A stretch of 64,000 bases of DNA from an uncultured Gammaproteobacteria bacterium (GCA_964533715.1 CAZHNI010000001.1:5514-69513), one strand, 5' to 3'. Positions 39,574 through 48,523 are shown, counted from the stretch's first letter. Translations and numbers: made by a program. The notes: generated from the letters alone by a model not told the origin.

Positions 39574-39638
39574 CAACATACAAGATACATGGAATAAAAT
39601 ATAATTTGTATATTTTTCCATGTATATTGAATATTTTT

Positions 39639-40049
39639 ATGATGTTTAAAATTGTTACACCCGAACGTCAAGTCTTCACCGATGAAGTTTCCCAAGTTAC
39701 TATGATGACCACCATGGGTGAAATTAGTATTTTACCGCATCACATTCCGCTCGTGGCTAATTTGGTTCCCGGAGAAATTAGATACAAAAAAAATAACGAG
39801 GAATTATCCATTGCTGTTTCGGGAGGTTTTGCCGAAGTCCGACCAGATGGGTCGGTTGTTATTCTCGCAGATACTGCCGAGCACGCACATGAAATTGACT
39901 TGGCTCGTGCCGAAGAAGCCAAATTACGCGCGGAAAAACTTATGTCCGAAGCGCGCAATAAAGATGAAGTGGATTATACGGCCCTCGCAGTAAAACTAGA
40001 AAAAGAATTAGCAAGACTCCGAGTAGGAAAAAAGTATCGCAAAGTCTAA
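39639..40049 (+). CDS. atpC: F0F1 ATP synthase subunit epsilon
   Basis: Beta-sandwich N-terminus (KIVTPERQVF...) and a C-terminal helical hairpin. Start set at ATG 39639. Confidence 0.75.
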   Translation: MMFKIVTPERQVFTDEVSQVTMMTTMGEISILPHHIPLVANLVPGEIRYKKNNEELSIAVSGGFAEVRPDGSVVILADTAEHAHEIDLARAEEAKLRAEKLMSEARNKDEVDYTALAVKLEKELARLRVGKKYRKV

Positions 40050-40138
40050 AATAACATTAACAAAATCGATCGCCCTAAACGATCGGTTTTTGTTTAAGTG
40101 TAACATTTTGGCTAATTTTGCGTCTTCTATACAAAGCA

Positions 40139-40162
40139 CCCCTGATTCCAGGGGCATTTTTT
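40139..40162 (+). terminator. rho-independent terminator of the atp operon
   Basis: CCCCTG-attc-CAGGGG hairpin followed by CATTTTTTG. Confidence 0.6.
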
Positions 40163-40167
40163 GTCTT

Positions 40168-40224
40168 TATTCCCCCTCCTCGACTCCTCCCTTATGTTTA
40201 GGGGAGGGATGTGGGCGGGGAATA
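40168..40224. repeat. GC-rich nested palindrome (second element class) downstream of the atp terminator
   Basis: TATTCCCC-CTCCTCG-ACTCCTCCC...GGGGAGGG...GGGGAATA nested inverted repeats; related in style to the helicase insert 44899-44975. Confidence 0.45.
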
Positions 40225-40235
40225 GAGTATAAATT

Positions 40236-41999
40236 ATGAAATATAACACAAGATTAACGTTAAAAATTTATTGGAGCGAAGCACGTCGACACTGGCTTTC
40301 GATGATTATTATTGTTATCGGAGTGGTGGGCGGTTCTTTTGCTGGAATTATTATCCCCCTTTATTTTAAGGCATTTTTTGATATTCTAGCGAGCTCAAAT
40401 TCATCAGCTGCTTCGGTCTCGGCTCTTTTTGGAGTGCTTGTTGCCATTGCCATGGTTGAGGCTGCTCGTTGGCTGTGTTGGCGCACCGCTGGTTTTTTTA
40501 ATAATTATTTTCAACCAAAAGTAATGGCAGCTTTGGCTAATCGATGTTTTGCATATTTGCACAAGCACTCTTTTGGGTACTTTAACAGCAATTTTGTTGG
40601 CTCTTTGGTTAAGCGTGTTAATTGGTTTACGCGCGCCTTCGAAAGTGTCGCCGATAAAATTACCTGGACATTCATTAACTTGTTTGTAGATTTAGGCGTG
40701 GTGGTGTTTATTTTATTTCGAAAAGATTTTCGTCTAGGCCTCGGCAGTTTAGCTTGGATTATTTTATTCTTATCGGTAAACTGGATTTTTACTTCATACA
40801 AATTACGGTTTGATATTAAACGCAACGAAGCCGAAACAAAAGCCACCGGTGTTTTAGCCGATACCATTACTAATAACAGTAATGTGAAGTTGTTTGTTGG
40901 GTATGGGCGCGAACGCCAAAGGTTTGCTGAGGCTATGGAAAAGGTACGCTATCTTCGCCGTTTCACTTGGAACCTCGACAGTGTATTTGAAGCTGTGCAA
41001 GGTTTTTTGGTAGTTTTGTTTGAGCTTGGTATTTTTTACTTAGCCACTATTCTTTGGAAAGAAGGACATTTAACGGTAGGTGACTTTGTCCTGCTTCAAT
41101 CATTCCTTATAATAATTTTTGATAAGGTGTGGGATTTTGGGAAGATCGTGCGTAATTTGTATACAGATTTATCGGATGCCGAAGAGATGACTGTCATATT
41201 AAATACCCCGCACGAAATTCAGGATGCTCCGGGAGCCAAAAAACTGCGCGTAGAAGCGGGTCTTATTCAGTTCAAGAATGTCGATTTTTATTATCACGAG
41301 ACGCGCAAAATTTTCCGAAAATTAAATTTGGAAATTGCCGGCAGTGAAAAAATTGCCTTAGTTGGCCCATCGGGGGCAGGTAAATCTACCATTATCAAAT
41401 TGCTTCTTCGCATGCATGATGTTTCGGGTGGGAGTATTTATATTGATAACCAAAAAGTATCGGCTGTAACGCAAGAAAGTTTGTGGGGAGCCATTAGTAT
41501 GGTGCCGCAGGATCCAATTTTGTTTCACCGCACGCTACTAGAAAATATTCGCTACGGCAAACCAGAGGCTACGGATGAAGAGGTGATTGCGGCCGCCAAA
41601 CTCGCACATTGTCATGAATTCATTTCGGAATTTCCAGACAAATATGAAACTTATGTGGGCGAACGCGGTGTCAAATTATCTGGCGGTGAACGTCAGCGTG
41701 TAGCTATTGCCCGGGCAATTTTACGCAACGCTCCAATACTGGTACTCGATGAAGCCACCTCGAGTCTTGATTCAGAATCCGAACATCTTATTCAAGATGC
41801 GTTGGCCAAACTCATGGAGAACAAAACCGTTATTGTAATCGCTCACCGTCTGTCTACTATAATGAAAATGGACAGAATTTTAGTGGTAGACCACGGCGAG
41901 GTGGTAGAAAGCGGTACCCACCAAGAGCTTCTTAAACTCAAATCCGGCCTTTATCATCAGCTGTGGAAACGACAGGCAGGTGGGTTTATACAGGACTAG
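40236..41999 (+). CDS. ABC transporter, fused permease/ATP-binding (MsbA-like exporter)
   Basis: Six-TM N-terminal domain, Walker A GPSGAGKST, signature LSGGERQRVAIARA, Walker B ILVLDEATS. Confidence 0.75.
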   Translation: MKYNTRLTLKIYWSEARRHWLSMIIIVIGVVGGSFAGIIIPLYFKAFFDILASSNSSAASVSALFGVLVAIAMVEAARWLCWRTAGFFNNYFQPKVMAALANRCFAYLHKHSFGYFNSNFVGSLVKRVNWFTRAFESVADKITWTFINLFVDLGVVVFILFRKDFRLGLGSLAWIILFLSVNWIFTSYKLRFDIKRNEAETKATGVLADTITNNSNVKLFVGYGRERQRFAEAMEKVRYLRRFTWNLDSVFEAVQGFLVVLFELGIFYLATILWKEGHLTVGDFVLLQSFLIIIFDKVWDFGKIVRNLYTDLSDAEEMTVILNTPHEIQDAPGAKKLRVEAGLIQFKNVDFYYHETRKIFRKLNLEIAGSEKIALVGPSGAGKSTIIKLLLRMHDVSGGSIYIDNQKVSAVTQESLWGAISMVPQDPILFHRTLLENIRYGKPEATDEEVIAAAKLAHCHEFISEFPDKYETYVGERGVKLSGGERQRVAIARAILRNAPILVLDEATSSLDSESEHLIQDALAKLMENKTVIVIAHRLSTIMKMDRILVVDHGEVVESGTHQELLKLKSGLYHQLWKRQAGGFIQD

Positions 42000-42005
42000 G
42001 GTAAT

Positions 42006-42070
42006 TGTCATTCCGAGCGAGGCCAAAGGCCGGCGAGAAATCTCTGTCTCAATCAAATGGACAGAGATTT
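42006..42070. repeat. truncated palindromic element copy (left TIR plus AAATCTCTGTCtcaatcaaatgGACAGAGATTT module)
   Basis: TGTCATTCCGAGCGAGGCC left end identical to the helicase copies; right TIR missing. Confidence 0.65.
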
Positions 42071-42075
42071 TTTTC

Positions 42076-42104
42076 TGGACAAATGTTTATATTTGTGCTA
42101 AAAT
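42076..42104 (+). promoter_or_regulatory. sigma-70-like promoter TGGACA-N17-TAAAAT upstream of rlmN
   Basis: Lies between two palindromic-element copies (42006-42070 and 42123-42187). Confidence 0.4.
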
Positions 42105-42122
42105 GAGCAAAAATTATCGAAT

Positions 42123-42187
42123 TGTCATTCTGAGTGAAACGAAGAATCCTCCTATTATGAAGATCCTTCGCTCCGCTCAGGATGACA
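42123..42187. repeat. short palindromic element copy immediately upstream of, and overlapping, the rlmN start region
   Basis: TGTCATTCTGAGTG...CGCTCAGGATGACA with the GAAGAATCCTCCTATTATGAAGATCCTTC module. Confidence 0.75.
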
Positions 42188-42199
42188 GACGATTATCAC

Positions 42200-43411
42200 A
42201 TGACTAAAATTGTCAAAACAATAGAATCCATTCTAGCTAATGAACCCGCCTTCCGCATTAAGCAAATTGAAAAGGCGTGGTTTGATGTGTCCTTAAATTC
42301 GTACGATGAAATTACTACCTTGCCAAAAGAGCTTCGCGAAAAATTAAAAGATATTCCCTGGTTAAGTTTGGAAGTCCACACCGAATTAAAAAGCAAAATG
42401 GATAACACGCGCAAATACCTTTTTAAACTAGGGGATGGGAATTTGATTGAGATGGTCTTGATGGGTCGTATGTCATTGCGAGCCCCGAAGGGGCGCGGCA
42501 ATCCCCCTGATTTGATCGAGGACGTTGACGAGGAGATTGCTTCGTCAGTCGCTGCGACGCTCCTTTCTCGCAATGACACATCGGCGATTGGCCGCGACAC
42601 CAGTGGCGATCGTTACACCATCTGTATTTCATCTCAAGCCGGGTGCCCCATGCGGTGTGCGTTTTGCGCCACGAGCAAAAGCGGTTTTAAGCGTAATCTT
42701 ACCGCCGAAGAAATTATAGATCAATATCGTTTCGCCCAGCGACTACTGGCCAAAGAAAATAATCGGGTGAATAATATTGTGCTCATGGGCCAAGGGGAAC
42801 CGCTGGTAAACTATGAGAACGTAAAAAAAGCGATCAATACTATTTTAAAAAACAGCGACATCGGCTCTACCAAAATAACTCTATCCACTGTTGGTTATGT
42901 GCCCGCCATGGAAAAAATGATAACCGACACCGACTTTCCGCCGGTGCGTTTTGCCTTGTCACTTCACAGCGCTATAGAAGAATCGCGTAAAAAAATTATT
43001 CCAACGCACAAACCAGGGTTTTTGGAATGGCTCGTGAAGTGGGGGAATGCCTACCACGAAAAATTTGGCAACCGCACCCATTTTATTGGTTTTGAGTACA
43101 TTATGTTAAGTGGGGTAAATGATGATGAAGCACATTTGAAGGCACTGATAAAATTGTGCAAACGTTTTCCTATCGTTCGCGTTAACCTCATTCCGTACAA
43201 CACCACCAACGATGCCGGTGAGGTTGATGAAATTAATAAATTGGAAGAACAAATGGGCTCTAATTATCGCATTTTTACCCGCACCCCGCACGAGCTTATT
43301 GAACATTGGCACGAGAGTCTTATGGATGCGGGAATTACGTCCACTATCCGTTATTCGCAGGGGCAGGATATTGCGGCGGCGTGTGGGCAACTCCGGAATA
43401 AAGAAAAATAG
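42200..43411 (+). CDS. rlmN: radical SAM rRNA/tRNA adenosine-C2 methyltransferase RlmN with an in-frame palindromic-element insertion
   Basis: Radical SAM CxxxCxxC (CPMRCAFC), GQGEPL, and a C-terminal catalytic Cys region. About 36 extra residues (MSLRAPKGRGNPPDLIEDVDEEIASSVAATLLSRND) upstream of the cluster are encoded by repeat copy 42471-42578. Start set at ATG 42200, because tracked start 42182 lies inside a repeat. Confidence 0.75.
   Translation: MTKIVKTIESILANEPAFRIKQIEKAWFDVSLNSYDEITTLPKELREKLKDIPWLSLEVHTELKSKMDNTRKYLFKLGDGNLIEMVLMGRMSLRAPKGRGNPPDLIEDVDEEIASSVAATLLSRNDTSAIGRDTSGDRYTICISSQAGCPMRCAFCATSKSGFKRNLTAEEIIDQYRFAQRLLAKENNRVNNIVLMGQGEPLVNYENVKKAINTILKNSDIGSTKITLSTVGYVPAMEKMITDTDFPPVRFALSLHSAIEESRKKIIPTHKPGFLEWLVKWGNAYHEKFGNRTHFIGFEYIMLSGVNDDEAHLKALIKLCKRFPIVRVNLIPYNTTNDAGEVDEINKLEEQMGSNYRIFTRTPHELIEHWHESLMDAGITSTIRYSQGQDIAAACGQLRNKEK
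42471..42578. repeat. palindromic element copy, in frame in rlmN (108 bp, 36 codons)
   Basis: TIR TGTCATTGCGAGC...CTCGCAATGACA. Confidence 0.75.
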
Positions 43412-43446
43412 ATTTTAGGCACTAACTAATCTAACTTTATTATAGT

Positions 43447-43950
43447 ATGTTTGAATTAATAATAGATATAACCAACAAATTATTTCCTTTATCTGGCATC
43501 GTTGCTTTGCTCTCTACAACAGTTGGTATTTGGTTGGCGTTGGCTGAGTATAGGTTAAAATTAAGAGCAGAATCGAGAATTGCCGACAGTGCCAAAATTG
43601 AAGCTGATATCAATTTAATTAAACATTTTACTGAATTGATGAATGTTGCCCACGCTAGAAGCGGTTATTCAGTTTCTGAAACCGTGATTGAAAAAATGTT
43701 TGAAAATGGATTTTTTACTGATGATGATAAAAATAATTTGGAAATTTTAAATCAAAAACTAGAAGATGCTGCTATTTTGACATTGCCTGTAGGTCTTGCC
43801 GCACAGGATGCAGCTATGGCTGCAATTTCTGTTTTGGCAAAAAAACACGATATTTTAAAAAAACCGGCGCTTCAAGCATTAGAATCAATGAAGTTTTTTA
43901 AAAAAGAACTGTCCGAAAAATACATCACGGAGATTAATGCCAGCAACTAA
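43447..43950 (+). CDS. hypothetical protein with N-terminal TM helix
   Basis: ORF with coding-like composition; no recognised family. Confidence 0.3.
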   Translation: MFELIIDITNKLFPLSGIVALLSTTVGIWLALAEYRLKLRAESRIADSAKIEADINLIKHFTELMNVAHARSGYSVSETVIEKMFENGFFTDDDKNNLEILNQKLEDAAILTLPVGLAAQDAAMAAISVLAKKHDILKKPALQALESMKFFKKELSEKYITEINASN

Positions 43951-43996
43951 ATCAATCGCTTGACACAAATTCCGCCAAAGTTTAAACTATAGATAT

Positions 43997-44257
43997 ATGA
44001 ACGAAGATAAAATTATCATGGAAATAGTCGAACTCAAAACTGATGTAACAGAAATTAAGGAAGCAATGAAAACTACTTTAGTGACTAAAGCAGATCTCGA
44101 ACCAATTGTGCGTACCCAAGATGAAATTTTGGTTATTCTAAAACGCCTTGATAATGAACGTCTTGTTAATAATCATAGGATTACAAATCTAGAAGATAGG
44201 GACGAAAAACACAACAAGGACATAACTCAAATCAAAGTTAATCTAAAAATGGCCTAA
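43997..44257 (+). CDS. hypothetical small charged protein
   Basis: ORF only; no recognised family. Confidence 0.25.
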   Translation: MNEDKIIMEIVELKTDVTEIKEAMKTTLVTKADLEPIVRTQDEILVILKRLDNERLVNNHRITNLEDRDEKHNKDITQIKVNLKMA

Positions 44258-44306
44258 ATTATAGCGTTTTTTGCGATTTGTAAAGCTTACCAAATTACGA
44301 TATACT

Positions 44307-44331
44307 AGTACCACTAAATTGGTACTTTTTT
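44307..44331 (+). terminator. rho-independent terminator
   Basis: AGTACCA-ctaaat-TGGTACT hairpin followed by TTTTTT. Confidence 0.55.
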
Positions 44332-44340
44332 AATTGCGGA

Positions 44341-44370
44341 CAGTGATTCTTCACTGCGCTCAGAATGACA
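44341..44370. repeat. partial palindromic element (right end CGCTCAGAATGACA plus CAGTGAttcttCACTG hairpin) at the helicase start
   Basis: Right TIR matches the family consensus. Confidence 0.45.
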
Positions 44371-44376
44371 GAAAAT

Positions 44377-47300
44377 ATGGGAAAATACTCTTTAAACAAG
44401 GCGCAACGTGAAGCCGTGGAGTATACCAGCGGCCCGCTTTTGATTGTGGCTGGGGCGGGGACGGGAAAGACGACGGTGATTACAAGTAAAATTTGTCGGT
44501 TGATTGAGGAAAAACTCGCCAAACCCGAGGAAATTTTGGCATTAACGTTTACCGAAAAAGCGGCGGCGGAAATGCAGGATAGGGTAGATGAGATAACCAA
44601 TATTGGCTACGCCGATCTCCACATTTCTACCTTCCACGCCTTTTGTCAAAAAATTCTGGAGCGGCATGCCATTGATATCGGCCTCTCCAATTCGTTTAAA
44701 CTCCTCACCGACACGGCGGGCTGGGTTTTGCTCCACAAAAATTTGGATAAATTTAATTTGGATTACTACCGACCGCTCGGCAACCCTACTAAACACATTC
44801 ACGAATTTTTAAAACATTTTTCTAAGTGCAAAGATGAATTAATTACACCGCAGGAATATTTGGAGTATGCGGAAGGTTTAAAATTGAACAATGGACGAGA
44901 CCCCACCCTGCCCTCCCCTTTGCGAAGGAGAGGGGACAAAACCCCCTCCTCTGCAGAGGAGGGGGTAGGGGGAGATCTCGCGGAGGTCGAGCGGCTTACG
45001 GAAATTGCCAACGCGTATCACACGTATAATCAACTGCTTTTGGACAACGCGCTATTTGATTTTGGCGATTTGCTTTTTTATACCGTCAAATTATTTCGCG
45101 AACGGCCGAATGTGCTCAAAATGTTCCAGAATAAATATAAATATATTTTGGTGGATGAATTTCAGGATGTGAACTATTCGCAGTATGAATTAATTAAACT
45201 CCTGGCGGACGCCTCATTGTCATTTCGACCGGAGCCCCAAAGGGGCGAAGTGGAGAAATCCCTGTCTCAATCACGAACGGACAGAGATTCCCTGCCTGCA
45301 CCATGCCTGCGCATGCAGGAGGCAGGCTCGTCGGCCTCCGGCCTCGCTCGGAATGACAATATTGTTGGTCCCAACCTCACCGTGGTAGGGGATGATGACC
45401 AAAGTATTTATGCCTTTCGCGGCGCCAGTGTGGCGAATATTCTAAGGTTTAAAGATGATTATCCAACAGCCAAAGAAGTGGTGCTATCGGAAAATTTTCG
45501 TTCCGGCCAAAAGATTTTGGATGTGGCGTATGAGTCTATTCAGAACAATAACCCGGATCGGTTGGAAGTGAAGTTAAAGATAGACAAGCGACTAAAGGCC
45601 AAAAGGCCATCTGTCATTTCGACGACGAAGGAGAAATCTCTGGCTCACCAAACGATGAATAGAGATTCCCTGCCTGCACCATGCCTGCGCATGCAGGAGG
45701 CAGGCTCGTCGGCCTCCGGCCTCGCTCGGAATGACAATGGGGATGGCGTGGTGATACATTTGCACAAACCAACCGTCGAAGACGAGGTAGCGGCTGTTTT
45801 GGACGAAATTACGCGTATTAAAACGGTTACCGAAGGCGTAACCTGGGATGATTTTGCTATTTTGGTTCGTGCCAACAATCACGCGGATGCGTTTATAAAC
45901 CAACTGCAAACACGAGGCATTCCATACGAATTTTTGGCTTCTAGCGGATTGTATCGTCAACCGATTATTTTGGATTGCATAAACTTTTTTAAACTCCTGA
46001 ATAATTATCACGAATCCAGCGCAATTTATCGACTGCTCTGTTTACCTTTTTTTGAATTTAGAGAAAATGATTTACAAAAAATTACCTTTAATGCCAAGCG
46101 CAAAAGTATTTCGTATTACGAAGCACTCAAACGCGCTCCCGAATTTGATGTGTCGCAAGCAGGGATTAGCGTGTGTGCTAAATTGGTGGAAGTAATTCAT
46201 GCCGGCCTCCAGAGTATGCGTTACGAAAAGCCATCGGTGGTGCTGTATTCATTTTTGGAAAATAGTGGTTACCTCAAATACTTAACACACCAGGAAAACG
46301 AAGGTAAGGGCGATGTGATTCGCCAAATTCATTATTTAAAACAGTTTTTTGATTACATTGCGCAGTATGAATCGGTAACGCCTGAGGCGCATGTGGTCGG
46401 GTTTATAGAGCATTTTATGATGGTAGTGGACGCGGGTGATAAGGGAAGCCTCTACCAGCCGAGCGACACACCGGATTCCGTAAATATTTTGACGGTGCAC
46501 GCCTCCAAGGGCTTGGAATTTCGCTATGTGTTTGTAGTGAATTTGGTAGAAGATCGGTTTCCATCACGCAGTCGCAGTGACGCGCTGGAAATTCCGCTTG
46601 AACTCGTGAAAGAGCAATTGCCGGAAGGCGATAGCCATATTCAAGAAGAACGACGATTGTTTTATGTGGCCATGACGCGCGCCAAGGAACGTTTGTATTT
46701 TACCAGCGCGAGCGATTATGGTGGTACGCGCACAAAAAAGATTAGCCGATTTTTGGCGGAGTTAGATTTTGGTTCTGTCATTCTGAACGGAGCAAAGCGC
46801 AGTGAAGAATCCCTGTCTGCGCAGGCAGGTCTGTCTCAATCACCAACCGACGGACAGGGATCCTTCGCTTCGCTCAGGATGACAAAAAAAGTAAATGAAA
46901 TGAGTGAGCGAGTGTACGAAACGCCAAAAACTTTTTCATTCTCACAATTGCGATCGTACGAAACCTGTCCATATCAATACAAACTGGCGCATATTTTGCA
47001 TATCCCCATGAAGGGCAGTGCGAGTTTTAGTTTTGGTTCCAGCATGCACAACACACTCCAAGCGTTTTATGAACGGGTAATTGAGCTTAACAGTTCCAAA
47101 CAAGTCTCACTTTTTGACACACCCAAACCATCTGTCATCCCGAGCGTAGTCGAGGGATCCCTTTCGCCAACGTCAAGGGATTCCTCCACTCCGCTACGCT
47201 CCGGTCGGAATGACAAAGCGGTGAAAGTACCAGAATTTGAGGAGCTCTTAAAAATGTACGACGCTAAGTGGATTTCGGATTGGTTTAAGGATAAACGCCA

Positions 47301-47790
47301 GCGCGAGGACATGTACAAAAAAGGTAAGGAAATTTTGAAAATATTTTATACTTCGCAAGAAGGCAATTGGAATATTCCAATTGGTTTAGAAAGCTGGTTC
47401 AAAATCAAGGTGGGGGATTATGTGATTAACGGACGTATTGACCGTTTGGATCAGCTCCCCGATGGTACCATTGAAATTATTGACTATAAAACCGGACAGG
47501 GCAAAGATAAATTAACCAGCGACGACAAAGAGCAACTTTTGTTGTATCAAATTGCAGTAGAAGAAATTGCCGAGTTTAAAGCGTACGGCAAACCAAGCAA
47601 ACTTACTTTCTACTATCTCAACGATGATTTAAAAACATCGTTTATTGGTGAACCAAAAGATACTGAGAAATTAAAAGAAAAATTCAAAACCACCATCGAG
47701 AGTATCGTCAAGGGAGATTTTACCGCCACACCCAGTCAATTTATTTGCGGCCGATGTGATTTTAGGGATATTTGTGAGTTTAGAGTATGA
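44377..47790 (+). CDS. UvrD/PcrA-like SF1 helicase fused to a C-terminal Cas4/AddB-like PD-(D/E)xK Fe-S nuclease (AddA-like helicase-nuclease), carrying five in-frame repeat insertions
   Basis: Helicase motifs GAGTGKTTV, DEFQD, VGDDDQSIYAFRGA, TVHASKGLEFRYVF and VAMTRAKERLYF. C-terminal nuclease EIIDYKTG plus QLLLYQIAV, with four Cys (CPYQY...CGRCDFRDIC). Repeat-encoded segments lie at 44899-44975, 45218-45358, 45612-45736, 46776-46884 and 47133-47215. Start set at ATG 44377. Confidence 0.8.
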   Translation: MGKYSLNKAQREAVEYTSGPLLIVAGAGTGKTTVITSKICRLIEEKLAKPEEILALTFTEKAAAEMQDRVDEITNIGYADLHISTFHAFCQKILERHAIDIGLSNSFKLLTDTAGWVLLHKNLDKFNLDYYRPLGNPTKHIHEFLKHFSKCKDELITPQEYLEYAEGLKLNNGRDPTLPSPLRRRGDKTPSSAEEGVGGDLAEVERLTEIANAYHTYNQLLLDNALFDFGDLLFYTVKLFRERPNVLKMFQNKYKYILVDEFQDVNYSQYELIKLLADASLSFRPEPQRGEVEKSLSQSRTDRDSLPAPCLRMQEAGSSASGLARNDNIVGPNLTVVGDDDQSIYAFRGASVANILRFKDDYPTAKEVVLSENFRSGQKILDVAYESIQNNNPDRLEVKLKIDKRLKAKRPSVISTTKEKSLAHQTMNRDSLPAPCLRMQEAGSSASGLARNDNGDGVVIHLHKPTVEDEVAAVLDEITRIKTVTEGVTWDDFAILVRANNHADAFINQLQTRGIPYEFLASSGLYRQPIILDCINFFKLLNNYHESSAIYRLLCLPFFEFRENDLQKITFNAKRKSISYYEALKRAPEFDVSQAGISVCAKLVEVIHAGLQSMRYEKPSVVLYSFLENSGYLKYLTHQENEGKGDVIRQIHYLKQFFDYIAQYESVTPEAHVVGFIEHFMMVVDAGDKGSLYQPSDTPDSVNILTVHASKGLEFRYVFVVNLVEDRFPSRSRSDALEIPLELVKEQLPEGDSHIQEERRLFYVAMTRAKERLYFTSASDYGGTRTKKISRFLAELDFGSVILNGAKRSEESLSAQAGLSQSPTDGQGSFASLRMTKKVNEMSERVYETPKTFSFSQLRSYETCPYQYKLAHILHIPMKGSASFSFGSSMHNTLQAFYERVIELNSSKQVSLFDTPKPSVIPSVVEGSLSPTSRDSSTPLRSGRNDKAVKVPEFEELLKMYDAKWISDWFKDKRQREDMYKKGKEILKIFYTSQEGNWNIPIGLESWFKIKVGDYVINGRIDRLDQLPDGTIEIIDYKTGQGKDKLTSDDKEQLLLYQIAVEEIAEFKAYGKPSKLTFYYLNDDLKTSFIGEPKDTEKLKEKFKTTIESIVKGDFTATPSQFICGRCDFRDICEFRV
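44899..44975. repeat. GC-rich palindromic insert (second class) in frame in the helicase
   Basis: CTCCCCTTtgcgAAGGAGAG and perfect CCCCCTCCTCTGCAGAGGAGGGGG palindromes; encodes PTLPSPLRRRGDKTPSSAEEGVGGD. Confidence 0.5.
45218..45358. repeat. palindromic element copy (141 bp, 47 codons), in frame in the helicase
   Basis: TIR TGTCATTTCGACCGGAGCC...GGCCTCGCTCGGAATGACA. The internal 95 bp are near-identical to copy 45612-45736. Confidence 0.8.
45612..45736. repeat. palindromic element copy, in frame in the helicase
   Basis: TIR TGTCATTTCGACG...CGCTCGGAATGACA; shares ...AGAGATTCCCTGCCTGCACCATGCCTGCGCATGCAGGAGGCAGGCTCGTCGGCCTCCGGCCTCGCTCGGAATGACAAT with copy 45218. Confidence 0.8.
46776..46884. 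repeat. palindromic element copy, in frame in the helicase
   Basis: TIR TGTCATTCTGAACG...GCTCAGGATGACA. Confidence 0.75.
47133..47215. repeat. short palindromic element copy, in frame in the helicase
   Basis: TIR TGTCATCCCGAGCG...CGGTCGGAATGACA. Confidence 0.7.
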
Positions 47791-48122
47791 TGAGACCGAT
47801 TGGTGATATAATTAGCAAACACTTGTCGACAAAATCGACTGTTTTAACCGGTGCGCGAGCCGCCAATTTTGTTGAACTTGCCAATGATTGGCTTTACAAG
47901 GAATTTGGCCCGGACGTGAGAACCTTTGCCTCTGCAAAATATTTTAAGACCGGGGCTCTTTCAATCACCTGTCTCAATTCGGTAGTCGCCCAGGAAATTA
48001 GGCTACGAGAGGCCTCTTTACTCCAATTTTTAGCTCAAAAATCAGGTTCATCAATGGTCAAAAAAATACTCTATAGGCAGATTCCGGAGAGCGCCTATGA
48101 GGACTTGCCAAACGGCGATTAA
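47787..48122 (+). CDS. DUF721/DciA-like protein
   Basis: Size and pattern (IGDIISKHL...GALSITCLNSVVAQEIRLREASLLQFL) resemble the DUF721 family; weak call. Confidence 0.35.
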   Translation: MMRPIGDIISKHLSTKSTVLTGARAANFVELANDWLYKEFGPDVRTFASAKYFKTGALSITCLNSVVAQEIRLREASLLQFLAQKSGSSMVKKILYRQIPESAYEDLPNGD

Positions 48123-48139
48123 AGAATTAGAATAGGGGA

Positions 48140-48523
48140 ATGAAACCACGCTTTTTCTTGTTTACCATGCTCGGAATAAGCATCCTATGTTGGGTAGCTT
48201 TTGTTTGCATTGTATTTAATATTGACCCAACCGCGGCTTCATTTTTTGGATTCGGTGCCTTTTATACCAGTTTGTTTTTAGCCTTAGCGGGTTCTTTTTT
48301 TGTCATCGGTATTTTAATTTATTTTGCCATCAGCGATAATCAGCAACTGTTATTTCGATACTTAGGGAATATTTTTTTACATTCTTTACTTTTATCGAGC
48401 GGAATTATTGTTAGTTTAATTTTACTAGGTTTTGGTTTGCTCCGTTGGTGGAATGAGTTGTTCGTTTTGTTAATTATAATTTCTATTGAGGGTGTATTTT
48501 ATTCTTATAGAATTGAAGGTTAA
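48140..48523 (+). CDS. hypothetical membrane protein (four TM helices)
   Basis: Hydrophobic ORF upstream of mreB. Confidence 0.3.
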   Translation: MKPRFFLFTMLGISILCWVAFVCIVFNIDPTAASFFGFGAFYTSLFLALAGSFFVIGILIYFAISDNQQLLFRYLGNIFLHSLLLSSGIIVSLILLGFGLLRWWNELFVLLIIISIEGVFYSYRIEG

